From the NCBI GenBank assembly GCA_947302485.1, contig CAMYVO010000006.1:4849-68848 (forward strand): a stretch of DNA of 64,000 bases, given 5' to 3'. Made by a program: the position numbers and the translations under genes. Of this stretch, positions 31,316 to 40,349 are shown in pieces. A model generated the notes under the pieces. It was not told where the DNA came from. It searched no databases and worked only from the letters and a program-made list of their open reading frames with translations. Position 1 is the first letter of the stretch. Each line of letters starts with the position of its first letter. This DNA comes from an uncultured Clostridium sp. (GTDB lineage: Bacteria; Bacillota; Clostridia; TANB77; CAG-508).

Positions 31316-31507
31316 TAATTCCTCCTTTTTTTGTTAGCACAAAATAAATCTCTAAATACTGAGACCTTGCTATTTATTATTAATTTAAAATAAAAATGGA
31401 ATTTTAAAATTGTGAACACAATTTTAAATGAAAAAAATAATCAACTATAGTATATCAAAAATATACTGATAGTCAATTATTTTTAAACGTCATTATTCTA
31501 CAATTTT

Positions 31508-32539
31508 CTACACTTCTATATATCTATATCCACATGCTCTTATAAGTCTATTCATAATAGCAAGCCCTAGCCCTTTATTTTCTACTCCTTCTATAATAAC
31601 TAAGTTTGCATCATATTCATCTACTTGTCTAAGCCTTTTAAATATATTATGTGCAATTTCTTCTAATGTATTTCCTATATCTAATTTATACTTCGAATTA
31701 TACTTATCTAAATTGTTTGTACTTCCAAGCACAAGAACTTTACTATTTTCTGCAGATAGTTCATTTACCTTGTCAATTAACTTTTTATTATCCTTACTGT
31801 ACACCAATATACATTGTGCTTCTGGAGCATAATGTTTATATTTAACCCCAGGTGATAAAACTTTTTCTCCACTTTTATAAGGTTTTAATACATATTCATC
31901 AACTTCTACCGCTCCTATTTTTTCTTTTATTTGTTCTAAAGTAATTTTTCCTGGCCTTAAAACACGTACCTTTCCATCAGTTACTCGTACAACTGTAGAT
32001 TCTATACCTATATCTGAATTTCCTGTATCGATAATATAGTGAACTTTACCATCTAATTCTTGTCTAATATCTTCTATTAAAGTCCCACTTGGTTTACCAG
32101 ATTTATTTGCACTAGGAGCAGCAATTGGTACATTTGCATATTCTATTAATTTTCTAGCAACATTATTATTTGGCATTCTAACTCCAATTGTATTAAGTCC
32201 ACTACTTACATTATCTGGTATGATATCTTTCTTTTTCATAATTATTGTTAAGGGTCCTGGCCAAAAAGCTTGAATCAACTTTTTCTCTATATCTCCTATT
32301 TCTTGTACTATATCTTTTAGCATATCTATACTTGAAATATGTACTATTAGAGGATTATCAGATGATCTACCTTTTGCTTTAAATATATTAGAAACAGCAT
32401 CCTTGTTTAAGCTATTTGCCCCAATCCCATATACTGTTTCAGTAGGAAATACTATTAGTTTTCCATTTTTTAGTTCCTCTCCTAGTTCTTTTAATATACT
32501 ATCATTTTCTTTTTTTAATTTTATAATTTTTGTAATCAT
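31508..32539 (-). CDS. tsaC: L-threonylcarbamoyladenylate synthase (Sua5/YwlC type)
   Basis: YrdC domain VFPTETVYGIGAN plus a C-terminal Sua5 domain, 343 aa. Confidence 0.88.
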   Translation of the reverse strand: MITKIIKLKKENDSILKELGEELKNGKLIVFPTETVYGIGANSLNKDAVSNIFKAKGRSSDNPLIVHISSIDMLKDIVQEIGDIEKKLIQAFWPGPLTIIMKKKDIIPDNVSSGLNTIGVRMPNNNVARKLIEYANVPIAAPSANKSGKPSGTLIEDIRQELDGKVHYIIDTGNSDIGIESTVVRVTDGKVRVLRPGKITLEQIKEKIGAVEVDEYVLKPYKSGEKVLSPGVKYKHYAPEAQCILVYSKDNKKLIDKVNELSAENSKVLVLGSTNNLDKYNSKYKLDIGNTLEEIAHNIFKRLRQVDEYDANLVIIEGVENKGLGLAIMNRLIRACGYRYIEV

Positions 32540-32613
32540 AACCTTTTTTCTTTCTAAATAATTAGGCGACTATAAGTCGCCATATTTTTATTTTATATTT
32601 TATATTTTATATT

Positions 32614-33384
32614 TTATTTTATTTCAGCAGCTTTTACTATTAATCTTTGTTTTCCATTATTTGCACAAGTAATTAGTGTTACTTCTTTTTTACCTCTCGT
32701 TAATTGACTTGTACAAGATACATCTGTTGGCTCTACAATATATGAATCATATATTCTATATCTTAGTGTTCTTCCTGTTAAATCAGTTAGCTCTATCTCA
32801 TCTCCGTTTGATAATTCATTCAGCTTGCTAAAAAATTTTGTATTTTTATAATTATGTCCTACTATACAATAATTTCCTACTTCATTTGCCTCTGGTCCCC
32901 AATATTTGTTTAAAGAAATTTTTAATAATTCTACAGAAGTATCTGATAATACCGGATAATTAATTCCAAGTTTAGGTATATTTAAAACAGCTGCTGTGTA
33001 ATATTCTTGACCATTTTGGGTCGTTTGTATGAATTTTTCTTTTGAAAGTTCACTAACATTTACTTCTTGTGACTGAACAGGCTGTTGTCCTACATTTTCT
33101 TCATTATTATATGCAACACTACCAAGTGCTACATATAATACATTATCTTCTATACGAACTGTTTTATCATCATATTCATTTGCAATATCTTCCATATCAA
33201 TTGTTGATAAAATATCTTGAGATACTTTTTCATTTTTATTTCTGTCATACTCTGCATAAATATAGTAGGAAAACAAAATGCATGCTAAAAAAACTGAAAC
33301 GAAAAAATCAAATTTATAAATCTTCTTTTTTCTTTTCATATTAGGTGTTACATATACTTTTTTAGTAATCAGAATCTGATTCAT
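32614..33384 (-). CDS. Sortase-family transpeptidase
   Basis: N-terminal membrane anchor, His motif IVGHN and catalytic Cys motif TLITC. Confidence 0.75.
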   Translation of the reverse strand: MNQILITKKVYVTPNMKRKKKIYKFDFFVSVFLACILFSYYIYAEYDRNKNEKVSQDILSTIDMEDIANEYDDKTVRIEDNVLYVALGSVAYNNEENVGQQPVQSQEVNVSELSKEKFIQTTQNGQEYYTAAVLNIPKLGINYPVLSDTSVELLKISLNKYWGPEANEVGNYCIVGHNYKNTKFFSKLNELSNGDEIELTDLTGRTLRYRIYDSYIVEPTDVSCTSQLTRGKKEVTLITCANNGKQRLIVKAAEIK

Positions 33385-33514
33385 ATTATCCTCCTATATT
33401 ATCACAATTTTATTATACCATTTTTGTTTCTATTTTGGAAGTCTTTTCATAAAAAAAATGCTAAAAATACGTCAATAGAATCTCCTCTACTGACGCATTT
33501 GTTCTTTTTAATTT

Positions 33515-34636
33515 TTACTTCTTTATTCCGTTTTTATAATCAATATAATCTAAAATAAACAAACGTATTATAGCCATAACTGGAACTGCTAAAAACATAC
33601 CCAGTATTCCAAAATATGCTCCGCCAAATGTAACCGCAAATATTACAAGCAATGGGCTAATCTTTAGTGAGTTTCCAGTAATCTTTGGATTTATTACATT
33701 TGCATCAATTTGTTGCAGTATTGTAGCAATTACTGTTACCCAAATACCTTGTCCAAGTCCTCCTGTAAATATTGTTATTATTACAGCAATCATTATTCCA
33801 ATTATTGCTCCTAAGTATGGGATTAGATTAAATAATCCTATTAACATACCAAGTAATACTGCATATTTTACATTTAATATTAAAAGCGCTATAGATATTA
33901 AAATTGCAACTATAATTGCGTCAAGTAATTGGCTTGACAAGAATCTAAAAAATACTTCATTTGTTTTATAAAAATATTTTTCTATAACCATATATGTATC
34001 TTTTTTAAATATTGCATTGACTAATTTTTTAAAAAAGCTTAAAATCTCTTTTCTTTCTGCTAGTACATATATTGAAACAACAATAGTTACAAAAACATCA
34101 AACATGCCTGTTGCAACATTTATTACTCCTTTTGCATATTTCGAAATTGCATCAAAATTCAAAAATTGTTCTATATTTATATTTTGCATATTCTCTAGTA
34201 TCTGTTTTACATTAATTTTATTAAATATAGAATCTTCTGGCAAATTACTTATCATCTCTTTTGTATTACTATAATATTGCGGTAAATTATTAATTAAATC
34301 CATAATACTTTGTGAAATTGAAGGTACAACAAATCTAAAAATCATAATTATTAATATTAATGCTATTAAATATACTATTAGTATTGAAATTGATCTTTTA
34401 TGATTTTTTATTAACTTTAGTTTTCTTTTTGAAAGCCAAGCTTCTACCTTTCTGCAAGGTAAATATAATATGTATGCAATTAATATTCCGATTAAAAATG
34501 GCATTAATACACCAAATAGTTTACCTACAAATTGTGATATTTCATTAAAGTTATCTAATAATTTATATACACATACAACTGCTGCAAGTAATATAAATGT
34601 ATATAACCATTTAGTCCATACTTTACTATCTTTCAT
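33515..34636 (-). CDS. AI-2E family transporter (PerM/YdbI-like)
   Basis: About 8 TM helices. The conserved C-terminal half (NLIPYLGA..., LAVPV) is typical of UPF0118/AI-2E. Confidence 0.8.
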   Translation of the reverse strand: MKDSKVWTKWLYTFILLAAVVCVYKLLDNFNEISQFVGKLFGVLMPFLIGILIAYILYLPCRKVEAWLSKRKLKLIKNHKRSISILIVYLIALILIIMIFRFVVPSISQSIMDLINNLPQYYSNTKEMISNLPEDSIFNKINVKQILENMQNINIEQFLNFDAISKYAKGVINVATGMFDVFVTIVVSIYVLAERKEILSFFKKLVNAIFKKDTYMVIEKYFYKTNEVFFRFLSSQLLDAIIVAILISIALLILNVKYAVLLGMLIGLFNLIPYLGAIIGIMIAVIITIFTGGLGQGIWVTVIATILQQIDANVINPKITGNSLKISPLLVIFAVTFGGAYFGILGMFLAVPVMAIIRLFILDYIDYKNGIKK

Positions 34637-34651
34637 TTTTTATTTTCTCCT

Positions 34652-35404
34652 TTAATCTATTTCTATTTCTACAGGGCAATGATCACTTCCATATATTTCA
34701 GGATGTATACTTGCACTTTTTAATCTTTTTTCTAATCTTTTAGATATTATAAAATAATCAATTCTCCACCCTATATTTTTACTTCTTGCATTTCCCATAT
34801 ATGACCACCAAGTATATGCCTCTGTTTGTTCTGGATAAAAGTATCTGTAGCTATCGGTGAAATTGCTATTTAATAACTTAGTCATTTTATCTCTTTCTTC
34901 ATTAGTAAATCCTGCATTATTTCTATTTGTTTTTGGATTTTTCAAATCTATTTCTTTATGCGCTACATTTAAATCTCCACATAGAATTACTGGCTTATTA
35001 TTATCTAACTCTATTAAATAATTTCTAAATTCATCTTCCCATTTCATACGATATTCAAGTCTTGTTAATTCTCTTTGAGAGTTTGGTGTATAGCAATTTA
35101 CAAGATAAAAATCTTCATATTCTAATGTTATTACTCTACCTTCATTGTCTAGTTCTTCTATATTTATTCCATAACTTACACTAATTGGATCTATTTTTGT
35201 AAATATTAAAGTTCCAGAATATCCTTTTTTTACTGCACTATTCCAGTACTGTTTATATCCTTCAAATTCTACTTTTATTTGCCCTTCTTGCATTTTCGTT
35301 TCTTGAACACAAAAAATGTCTGCATCTGTATGTTTAAAAAAATCTTCAAATCCTTTTTTTAGTACAGCTCTAAATCCATTTACATTCCACGAAATTAATT
35401 TCAT
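34652..35404 (-). CDS. xth: Exodeoxyribonuclease III
   Basis: MKLISWNVNG, CVQETK and C-terminal GSDHCPV motifs. Confidence 0.93.
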   Translation of the reverse strand: MKLISWNVNGFRAVLKKGFEDFFKHTDADIFCVQETKMQEGQIKVEFEGYKQYWNSAVKKGYSGTLIFTKIDPISVSYGINIEELDNEGRVITLEYEDFYLVNCYTPNSQRELTRLEYRMKWEDEFRNYLIELDNNKPVILCGDLNVAHKEIDLKNPKTNRNNAGFTNEERDKMTKLLNSNFTDSYRYFYPEQTEAYTWWSYMGNARSKNIGWRIDYFIISKRLEKRLKSASIHPEIYGSDHCPVEIEID

Positions 35405-35485
35405 TATCTACCCCTTATTATCATTTAATAGTATTTTTTCTTTTAAATTATATCATAAAATGATATATTAATTTCTCTTTCTATC

Positions 35486-35517
35486 AAAAAATCTACCTTA
35501 TAAAAGGTAGATTTTTT
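35486..35517. terminator. Terminator hairpin after the G5/3D gene
   Basis: aaaaaatctacctt ataa aaggtagatttttt. Confidence 0.75.
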
Positions 35518-35527
35518 ACATATTATT

Positions 35528-36478
35528 TTAATCAACTAATTCAACGTTTAAATACCTAACACCCCATGCTAAAGCTTGAGAATGTGTATCCATATAAATA
35601 TCAATTCTATTACCACTTATTGCTCCGCCTCTATCTTCAACAGTATATATATTTCCATTAATTTTAAGTTTTGTACCCATTGCAAATCTTGATGAAGCAG
35701 CTACAGTATGATTTGCTGTTGCTTTTGTTCCTGATGATGTAATACCATTTGCTTTTCCACAACATTTTGCACACGAACAATATGCTGTAACTTTGAATTT
35801 ACCTAAACTTGTTCCATCTATACTACTATTGTCATTTGCAACTTCAGTTCTACTAACAGTAGTAGATCTTGAAGTAGTAGCTGTTTTTACTTGAACAATT
35901 TTATTGACAGGTTGTTTTATTATTTTTTCAGTAATTACTGTTTTTTCAATTTCAACATCATTTTGATATTTTATACGGTAAGTAACTTCTTTTAAACCAT
36001 CTTTCCCATTCTGTAACACCTTATTGGTTGTTGTTGCTGCACTATTTGACGCATCTTTTGTTACAGTCTCATATGGAATTACAACTTGCTCTGTAGTTAT
36101 TTTTTCTGTAATAGGTGCATAACTTCCTATTATTTGATCAACAGAAATTTTTTCACTTTCACTCGCAAGTCTAACTACTTCTGCATGACTTTGAGATACA
36201 TTTGTAATTATAATTGTTTTATCTTCACTTATTTCAGATTCTAAATCAGGTACAACTGTTTCTTCTGGTAAAATAATTATATGATTTTCTTCTAAAATTT
36301 CAGAAACTGTCGTTTTTGTTGTTAAAACGTTCATCTCATAATGGTTTGAAAGTATTATTTTAACGTTATTAATTTGTGAATTAAAAGCCTTTACTCCTAC
36401 TCCTAATAAAAGTAACATTAATATACTGATTAATGAAATTTTTATTAATGATAAGGAAGCCTTTTCATTACTTTTCAT
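35528..36478 (-). CDS. G5 and 3D domain-containing cell-wall protein (YabE/RpfB-like)
   Basis: N-terminal anchor, G5-like middle region and a C-terminal 3D domain (VTAYC...VAAS...TVEDRGGAISGNRIDIYM). Confidence 0.75.
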   Translation of the reverse strand: MKSNEKASLSLIKISLISILMLLLLGVGVKAFNSQINNVKIILSNHYEMNVLTTKTTVSEILEENHIIILPEETVVPDLESEISEDKTIIITNVSQSHAEVVRLASESEKISVDQIIGSYAPITEKITTEQVVIPYETVTKDASNSAATTTNKVLQNGKDGLKEVTYRIKYQNDVEIEKTVITEKIIKQPVNKIVQVKTATTSRSTTVSRTEVANDNSSIDGTSLGKFKVTAYCSCAKCCGKANGITSSGTKATANHTVAASSRFAMGTKLKINGNIYTVEDRGGAISGNRIDIYMDTHSQALAWGVRYLNVELVD

Positions 36479-36753
36479 AACTATAAACTATCCCTCCTTC
36501 AAGCGACATTATTATTATACTATAATTTTATAGATTTGTCAAATTTTGGTACAAAGCTCTCATATGTTGGCTTTCCCTATTTTATCATTATTATAAAAAA
36601 ATCATAAAAATTGATAAAATCGTTATACTATAGTATATGTAGCTTGTACGTGTGATATTACATTTTTTTAAAAATTATTTTTATATTTAAATTATTGTAT
36701 AACTTACTTTTTTATGATATTATAATCTATATTAATATAAAGGAGGATTATAT

Positions 36754-37308
36754 ATGGTTTGGATTATAATTGCTGTTGTTATTATTCTTGTTATAGCTAT
36801 TATTGCTATCTATAATGGTTTAGTAACATCTAGAATGAAAGTTAAAAATTCATGGAGTCAAATTGACGTTCAATTACAAAGAAGATTTGATTTAATACCT
36901 AATTTAGTAGAAACAGTTAAAGGATATATGGAACACGAAAAGAGTACTTTAGAAAAAATAGCAGAATTAAGAACTGCTTGGTCAAATGCAAATTCTGTAG
37001 GAGAAAAGGCAGAACTTGATAATCAATTATCAGGTACTTTAAAAACTATTATGGCTGTTTCAGAAAACTACCCTGAATTAAAAGCAAGTCAAAACTTTTC
37101 TGAATTACAAGAAGAATTAAGAAACACAGAAAATAAAATTTCTTACTCTAGACAATTTTATAATGATAGTGTAACTATGTATAATACAAAATTACAAGTA
37201 TTCCCATCTAATATTATTGCATCAATATTTTCTTTTAAACCTGAAGAATTATTTAAAGCAGAAAGTGAAGAAGCAAGAAAAAATGTAAAAGTTGACTTTA
37301 ATAAATAG
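36754..37308 (+). CDS. lemA: LemA family protein
   Basis: N-terminal TM helix plus LemA core (YNGLV...[23 protein letters not shown]). Confidence 0.87.
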   Translation: MVWIIIAVVIILVIAIIAIYNGLVTSRMKVKNSWSQIDVQLQRRFDLIPNLVETVKGYMEHEKSTLEKIAELRTAWSNANSVGEKAELDNQLSGTLKTIMAVSENYPELKASQNFSELQEELRNTENKISYSRQFYNDSVTMYNTKLQVFPSNIIASIFSFKPEELFKAESEEARKNVKVDFNK

Positions 37309-37373
37309 AAAGTAGAGGTTAGAGGTAAGAAGTAAATAATTTCTTTCCTCTATTTTTATACTAGGAGGATTAT

Positions 37374-38267
37374 ATGTACGAAGATATAAAAAAAAATAAA
37401 ATTAAATCTGGATTTATAGTTGCATGTTTTATACTTGTTATTACTCTTATTGTTTATTATATATGTATGGCCTTTAATTTAGGAACACTTTCAATAATAA
37501 TTGCACTTAGTATTTCAATTATTACAGCTTGGGCATCATATTATAATAGTGATAAAATTGTACTCAAATTAAATGGTGCAAAGCCTGCAACCCACGAGGA
37601 AAATCAAAAAATAGTAAACATTTTAGATGCTTTATTGCTTAGCTCAGGACTTAATACAAAGCCAGCATTATATGTAATAGAAGACAGCCAACCAAATGCT
37701 TTTGCTACTGGTAGAAATCCTGAGCATTCAGTAATATGTGTAACTACTGCACTGCTTGAAAAATTAGATTATTATGAACTAGAAGGAGTAATTGCTCATG
37801 AATTATCTCACATAAAGAATTATGATATACTTTTATCTTGTGTTGTTAGTGTAATGGTTGGTTTTGTTGTAATGTTATCTGACATATTCACAAGATCTTT
37901 TTTCTTTAGTAGGGGAAGAAAAGGTCGTGATAATGATGGAAATGGAATATTAATGATAATAGGATTATTGTTTTTAGTACTTGCTCCTATATTCGGTAAG
38001 TTAATGCAACTTGCAATTTCTCGTCGTAGAGAGTATTTAGCTGACGCAACAGCAATACAATTTACTAGAAATCCTGATGGATTAATTTCTGCACTTCAAA
38101 AACTTGAAGCTGACTCAAACGAGTTAAAATATGCAAATACTGCAACAGCACATATGTATATCTCAAATCCTTTTAAGAAAAATGCAAATAATAAAAGAAG
38201 AATTAATTTATTTTCTACTCATCCTGATACAGCATCTAGAATTGAAGCTTTAAAAAACTTAAAGTAA
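37374..38267 (+). CDS. htpX: M48-family zinc metalloprotease HtpX-like
   Basis: HELSHIKNYD (HExxH), four TM segments and a downstream EYLAD glutamate motif. Confidence 0.85.
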   Translation: MYEDIKKNKIKSGFIVACFILVITLIVYYICMAFNLGTLSIIIALSISIITAWASYYNSDKIVLKLNGAKPATHEENQKIVNILDALLLSSGLNTKPALYVIEDSQPNAFATGRNPEHSVICVTTALLEKLDYYELEGVIAHELSHIKNYDILLSCVVSVMVGFVVMLSDIFTRSFFFSRGRKGRDNDGNGILMIIGLLFLVLAPIFGKLMQLAISRRREYLADATAIQFTRNPDGLISALQKLEADSNELKYANTATAHMYISNPFKKNANNKRRINLFSTHPDTASRIEALKNLK

Positions 38268-38308
38268 TTCATTGACTTAAAAATAAGAATACTTCTTTGT
38301 ATAAAATC

Positions 38309-38343
38309 AAAAGCATATAACAATTATGTTATATGCTTTTTTT
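38309..38343. terminator. Bidirectional terminator between htpX (+) and the LPXTG gene (-)
   Basis: aaaagcatataaca attа tgttatatgctttt-type hairpin: 14-bp arms 38309..38322 and 38327..38340, flanked by A and T runs. Confidence 0.75.
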
Positions 38344-38369
38344 GTATCTTTTATTTAGCAAATATAAAA

Positions 38370-39045
38370 TTATATATCCATTTTTTTGTATTTAATATAA
38401 CCAAAAACAGCTGCAATTAAAGCTACTAAAATTCCAATAATTACCCAGTCACTAACTCCTGTTTGAGGAAGTTTGCTTGTTCCTGATACTGTAGCTTGAT
38501 TTAAAACTCCTTCAACAGCATTATCTCCGAGCCACTTTATTGTTTTTTTGATTTATTTTTACTGTAACTATTTTATTTGATTTTTCTGTATCTGTAGATC
38601 CGTAACTTGAATATACATCATTTAAATTGATTACTCCTGAAGATGCTGTAGTTCCTGATTTAATTGTTGCTTTTAATTGTGCAACTGTTTGTGTTGTCTT
38701 TGCACCTGTTAAATTACTAATTACAAATCTACCTTTTCTATCACTGTCAGTTAACTGATTAAATGTTACACTCCAGTTTGATTGGTTTGTAATAATCTCT
38801 ACTTTTTCAAATATACTTTCATCATATGCTACATTTCCTTGCATAGCATGAATTCCATCTGTAGTTTGATCTATATCAGCTATCCCTAAATTAATTGTAA
38901 CTGTATCTCCAGGTTCTGCAGTTACTTCTGTAGGATTTACTGTAAAAGTAAAAGTATATGTCTCGGCTTTTGATTCTATAGCTATACTTAACAATGCAAT
39001 GAGCATTAGTATTATAGTACAATTTTTTAAAATCTTACTTTTCAT
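38370..39045 (-). CDS. Cohesin-like domain surface protein with LPQTG sortase signal, in two frames joined at an in-frame CGG (38529)
   Basis: ORF 38521..39045 ends ...KVARR*. Coding strand reads GTG GCT C GGA GAT. Omitting the C continues as GDNAVEGVLNQATVSGTSKLPQTG, then a hydrophobic helix and KYKK, to TAA at 38370. Confidence 0.6.
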
Positions 39046-39661
39046 TTGTTTTCCTCTCCTTTTTAATTTTTACAATTACTAATAGTGTTATAATAATAAC
39101 TGCGACTATTAATACAAATATATAGTAATTTTTAGTTTCTTTTTTTATATTATCATTCGAGTTGTTTTTTACAATTTCAACATTATTATTATTTATCTCG
39201 ATATTAATATCTTTATCACTTGTCTGAATTTTCTTAGATTGATAACTTGATTCAATTTGTTCAATTTTTATTTGTGTTTTTACGTTCTTTATATTTGGCT
39301 TTAATTTGAATAATATTTTTGCAACATCTGTTGTTTCAGTTATATTTCCTGAAGTTGTAATTAGCACAAACTTTCCTCTATTTTTATTTCCTTCTTCGTC
39401 ATTATATATTACGCTCCAATTATTAATTCCTGATAATGATATATTCTCAAAAACATTTTCATCATATATTATTTTACCACTAATGGCATTAATACCTTCT
39501 GAATTTTTTTCAAGGTCTGATACTTGTAAAGTAGTATTAAATGTGTTTTCATATAAATTTTTACTATCAATATTTATCAATAAATCAAATGCATATACAT
39601 TAGTAGAGATTCCTAATATTGACAATATAATTAATACAAATAGAACTTTTTTCTTTTGCAA
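39035..39661 (-). CDS. Cohesin-like domain protein with signal peptide and C-terminal membrane anchor (paralogue of the downstream gene)
   Basis: TTG start after AAGGGGGGA. Signal peptide ...STNVYA. INAISGKIIYDENVFENISL parallels IHAMQGNVAYDESIFEKVEI in the neighbour. C-terminal TM helix plus KKERK. Confidence 0.55.
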   Translation of the reverse strand: MQKKKVLFVLIILSILGISTNVYAFDLLINIDSKNLYENTFNTTLQVSDLEKNSEGINAISGKIIYDENVFENISLSGINNWSVIYNDEEGNKNRGKFVLITTSGNITETTDVAKILFKLKPNIKNVKTQIKIEQIESSYQSKKIQTSDKDINIEINNNNVEIVKNNSNDNIKKETKNYYIFVLIVAVIIITLLVIVKIKKERKTNEK

Positions 39662-39848
39662 GTTTCAATCCCCCCTTTTAAAAAATACTAACACTGTTTA
39701 TTTTAATTGTCAATAATAATGTCTTTAAAGTAATATAAATGTAATATTTAATTCATATTTTATTGTTTACCGAATAAAGTTAAATATACCAATTTTTCTC
39801 TTGACTTTAATATATATTTTTGTTATTATATTAGTTGTTAAATTTGAT

Positions 39849-39924
39849 GCGGGAATAGCTCAGTTGATAGAGCGCCGCCTTGCCAAGGCGGAGGTCGCGG
39901 GTTTGAGCCCCGTTTCCCGCTCCA
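39849..39924 (+). tRNA. tRNA-Gly (anticodon GCC)
   Basis: Hand-folded cloverleaf: acceptor GCGGGAA/TTCCCGC, anticodon stem CCGCC/GGCGG with loop TTGCCAA, encoded CCA. 76 nt. Confidence 0.9.
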
Positions 39925-39973
39925 GTTTTGTATTTTACATTATATATTAAATGTATATTATTTATGAATATTC

Positions 39974-40048
39974 GGCGACATAGCCAAGTGGTAAGGCACG
40001 AGTCTGCAAAACTCTGATTCCCCGGTTCGAATCCGGGTGTCGCCTCCA
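39974..40048 (+). tRNA. tRNA-Cys (anticodon GCA)
   Basis: Acceptor GGCGACA/TGTCGCC, anticodon loop CTGCAAA, T-arm CCGGTTCGAATCCGG, encoded CCA. 75 nt. Confidence 0.88.
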
Positions 40049-40056
40049 AAATATAG

Positions 40057-40096
40057 AAAAATAATGCAATTTCATTATAATTGCATTATTTTTTAT
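40057..40096 (+). terminator. Terminator after tRNA-Gly/tRNA-Cys
   Basis: ataatgcaatt tcattat aattgcattat, followed by a T-rich tract. Confidence 0.7.
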
Positions 40097-40349
40097 TATC
40101 TTTTATTATCTTTACGGCTTCAAGGGTTTTATCGGTTTTTTTATAGAAAAAATAATTCAAAAATTTTATTATTTAAACATTGTTTTTTATTGTTTTTCAA
40201 AAAACTGCATAAAAATTGCATAAAAATATCTGAATTTTATAAAACCGCATTAAAAAAATGAGAATATGAAACATTTGCATAGTAAAAACAGACTAAATTG
40301 GTATAATAAACAATGAATGAAATTTATAGATGTTAGGAGGGATTGTTAA

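Noticed and set aside
39831-40049. 72-aa minus-strand ORF.
   Set aside because: It lies exactly over the tRNA-Gly and tRNA-Cys genes, and its GC-rich 'coding' is the tRNA sequence.
40049-40342. M-box (Mg) riboswitch upstream of mgtA.
   Set aside because: The region is almost pure A/T, with a tRNA terminator and a TGgTATAAT extended -10 at 40299..40307. I could not find the conserved GC-containing M-box helices. A covariance-model scan would be decisive.
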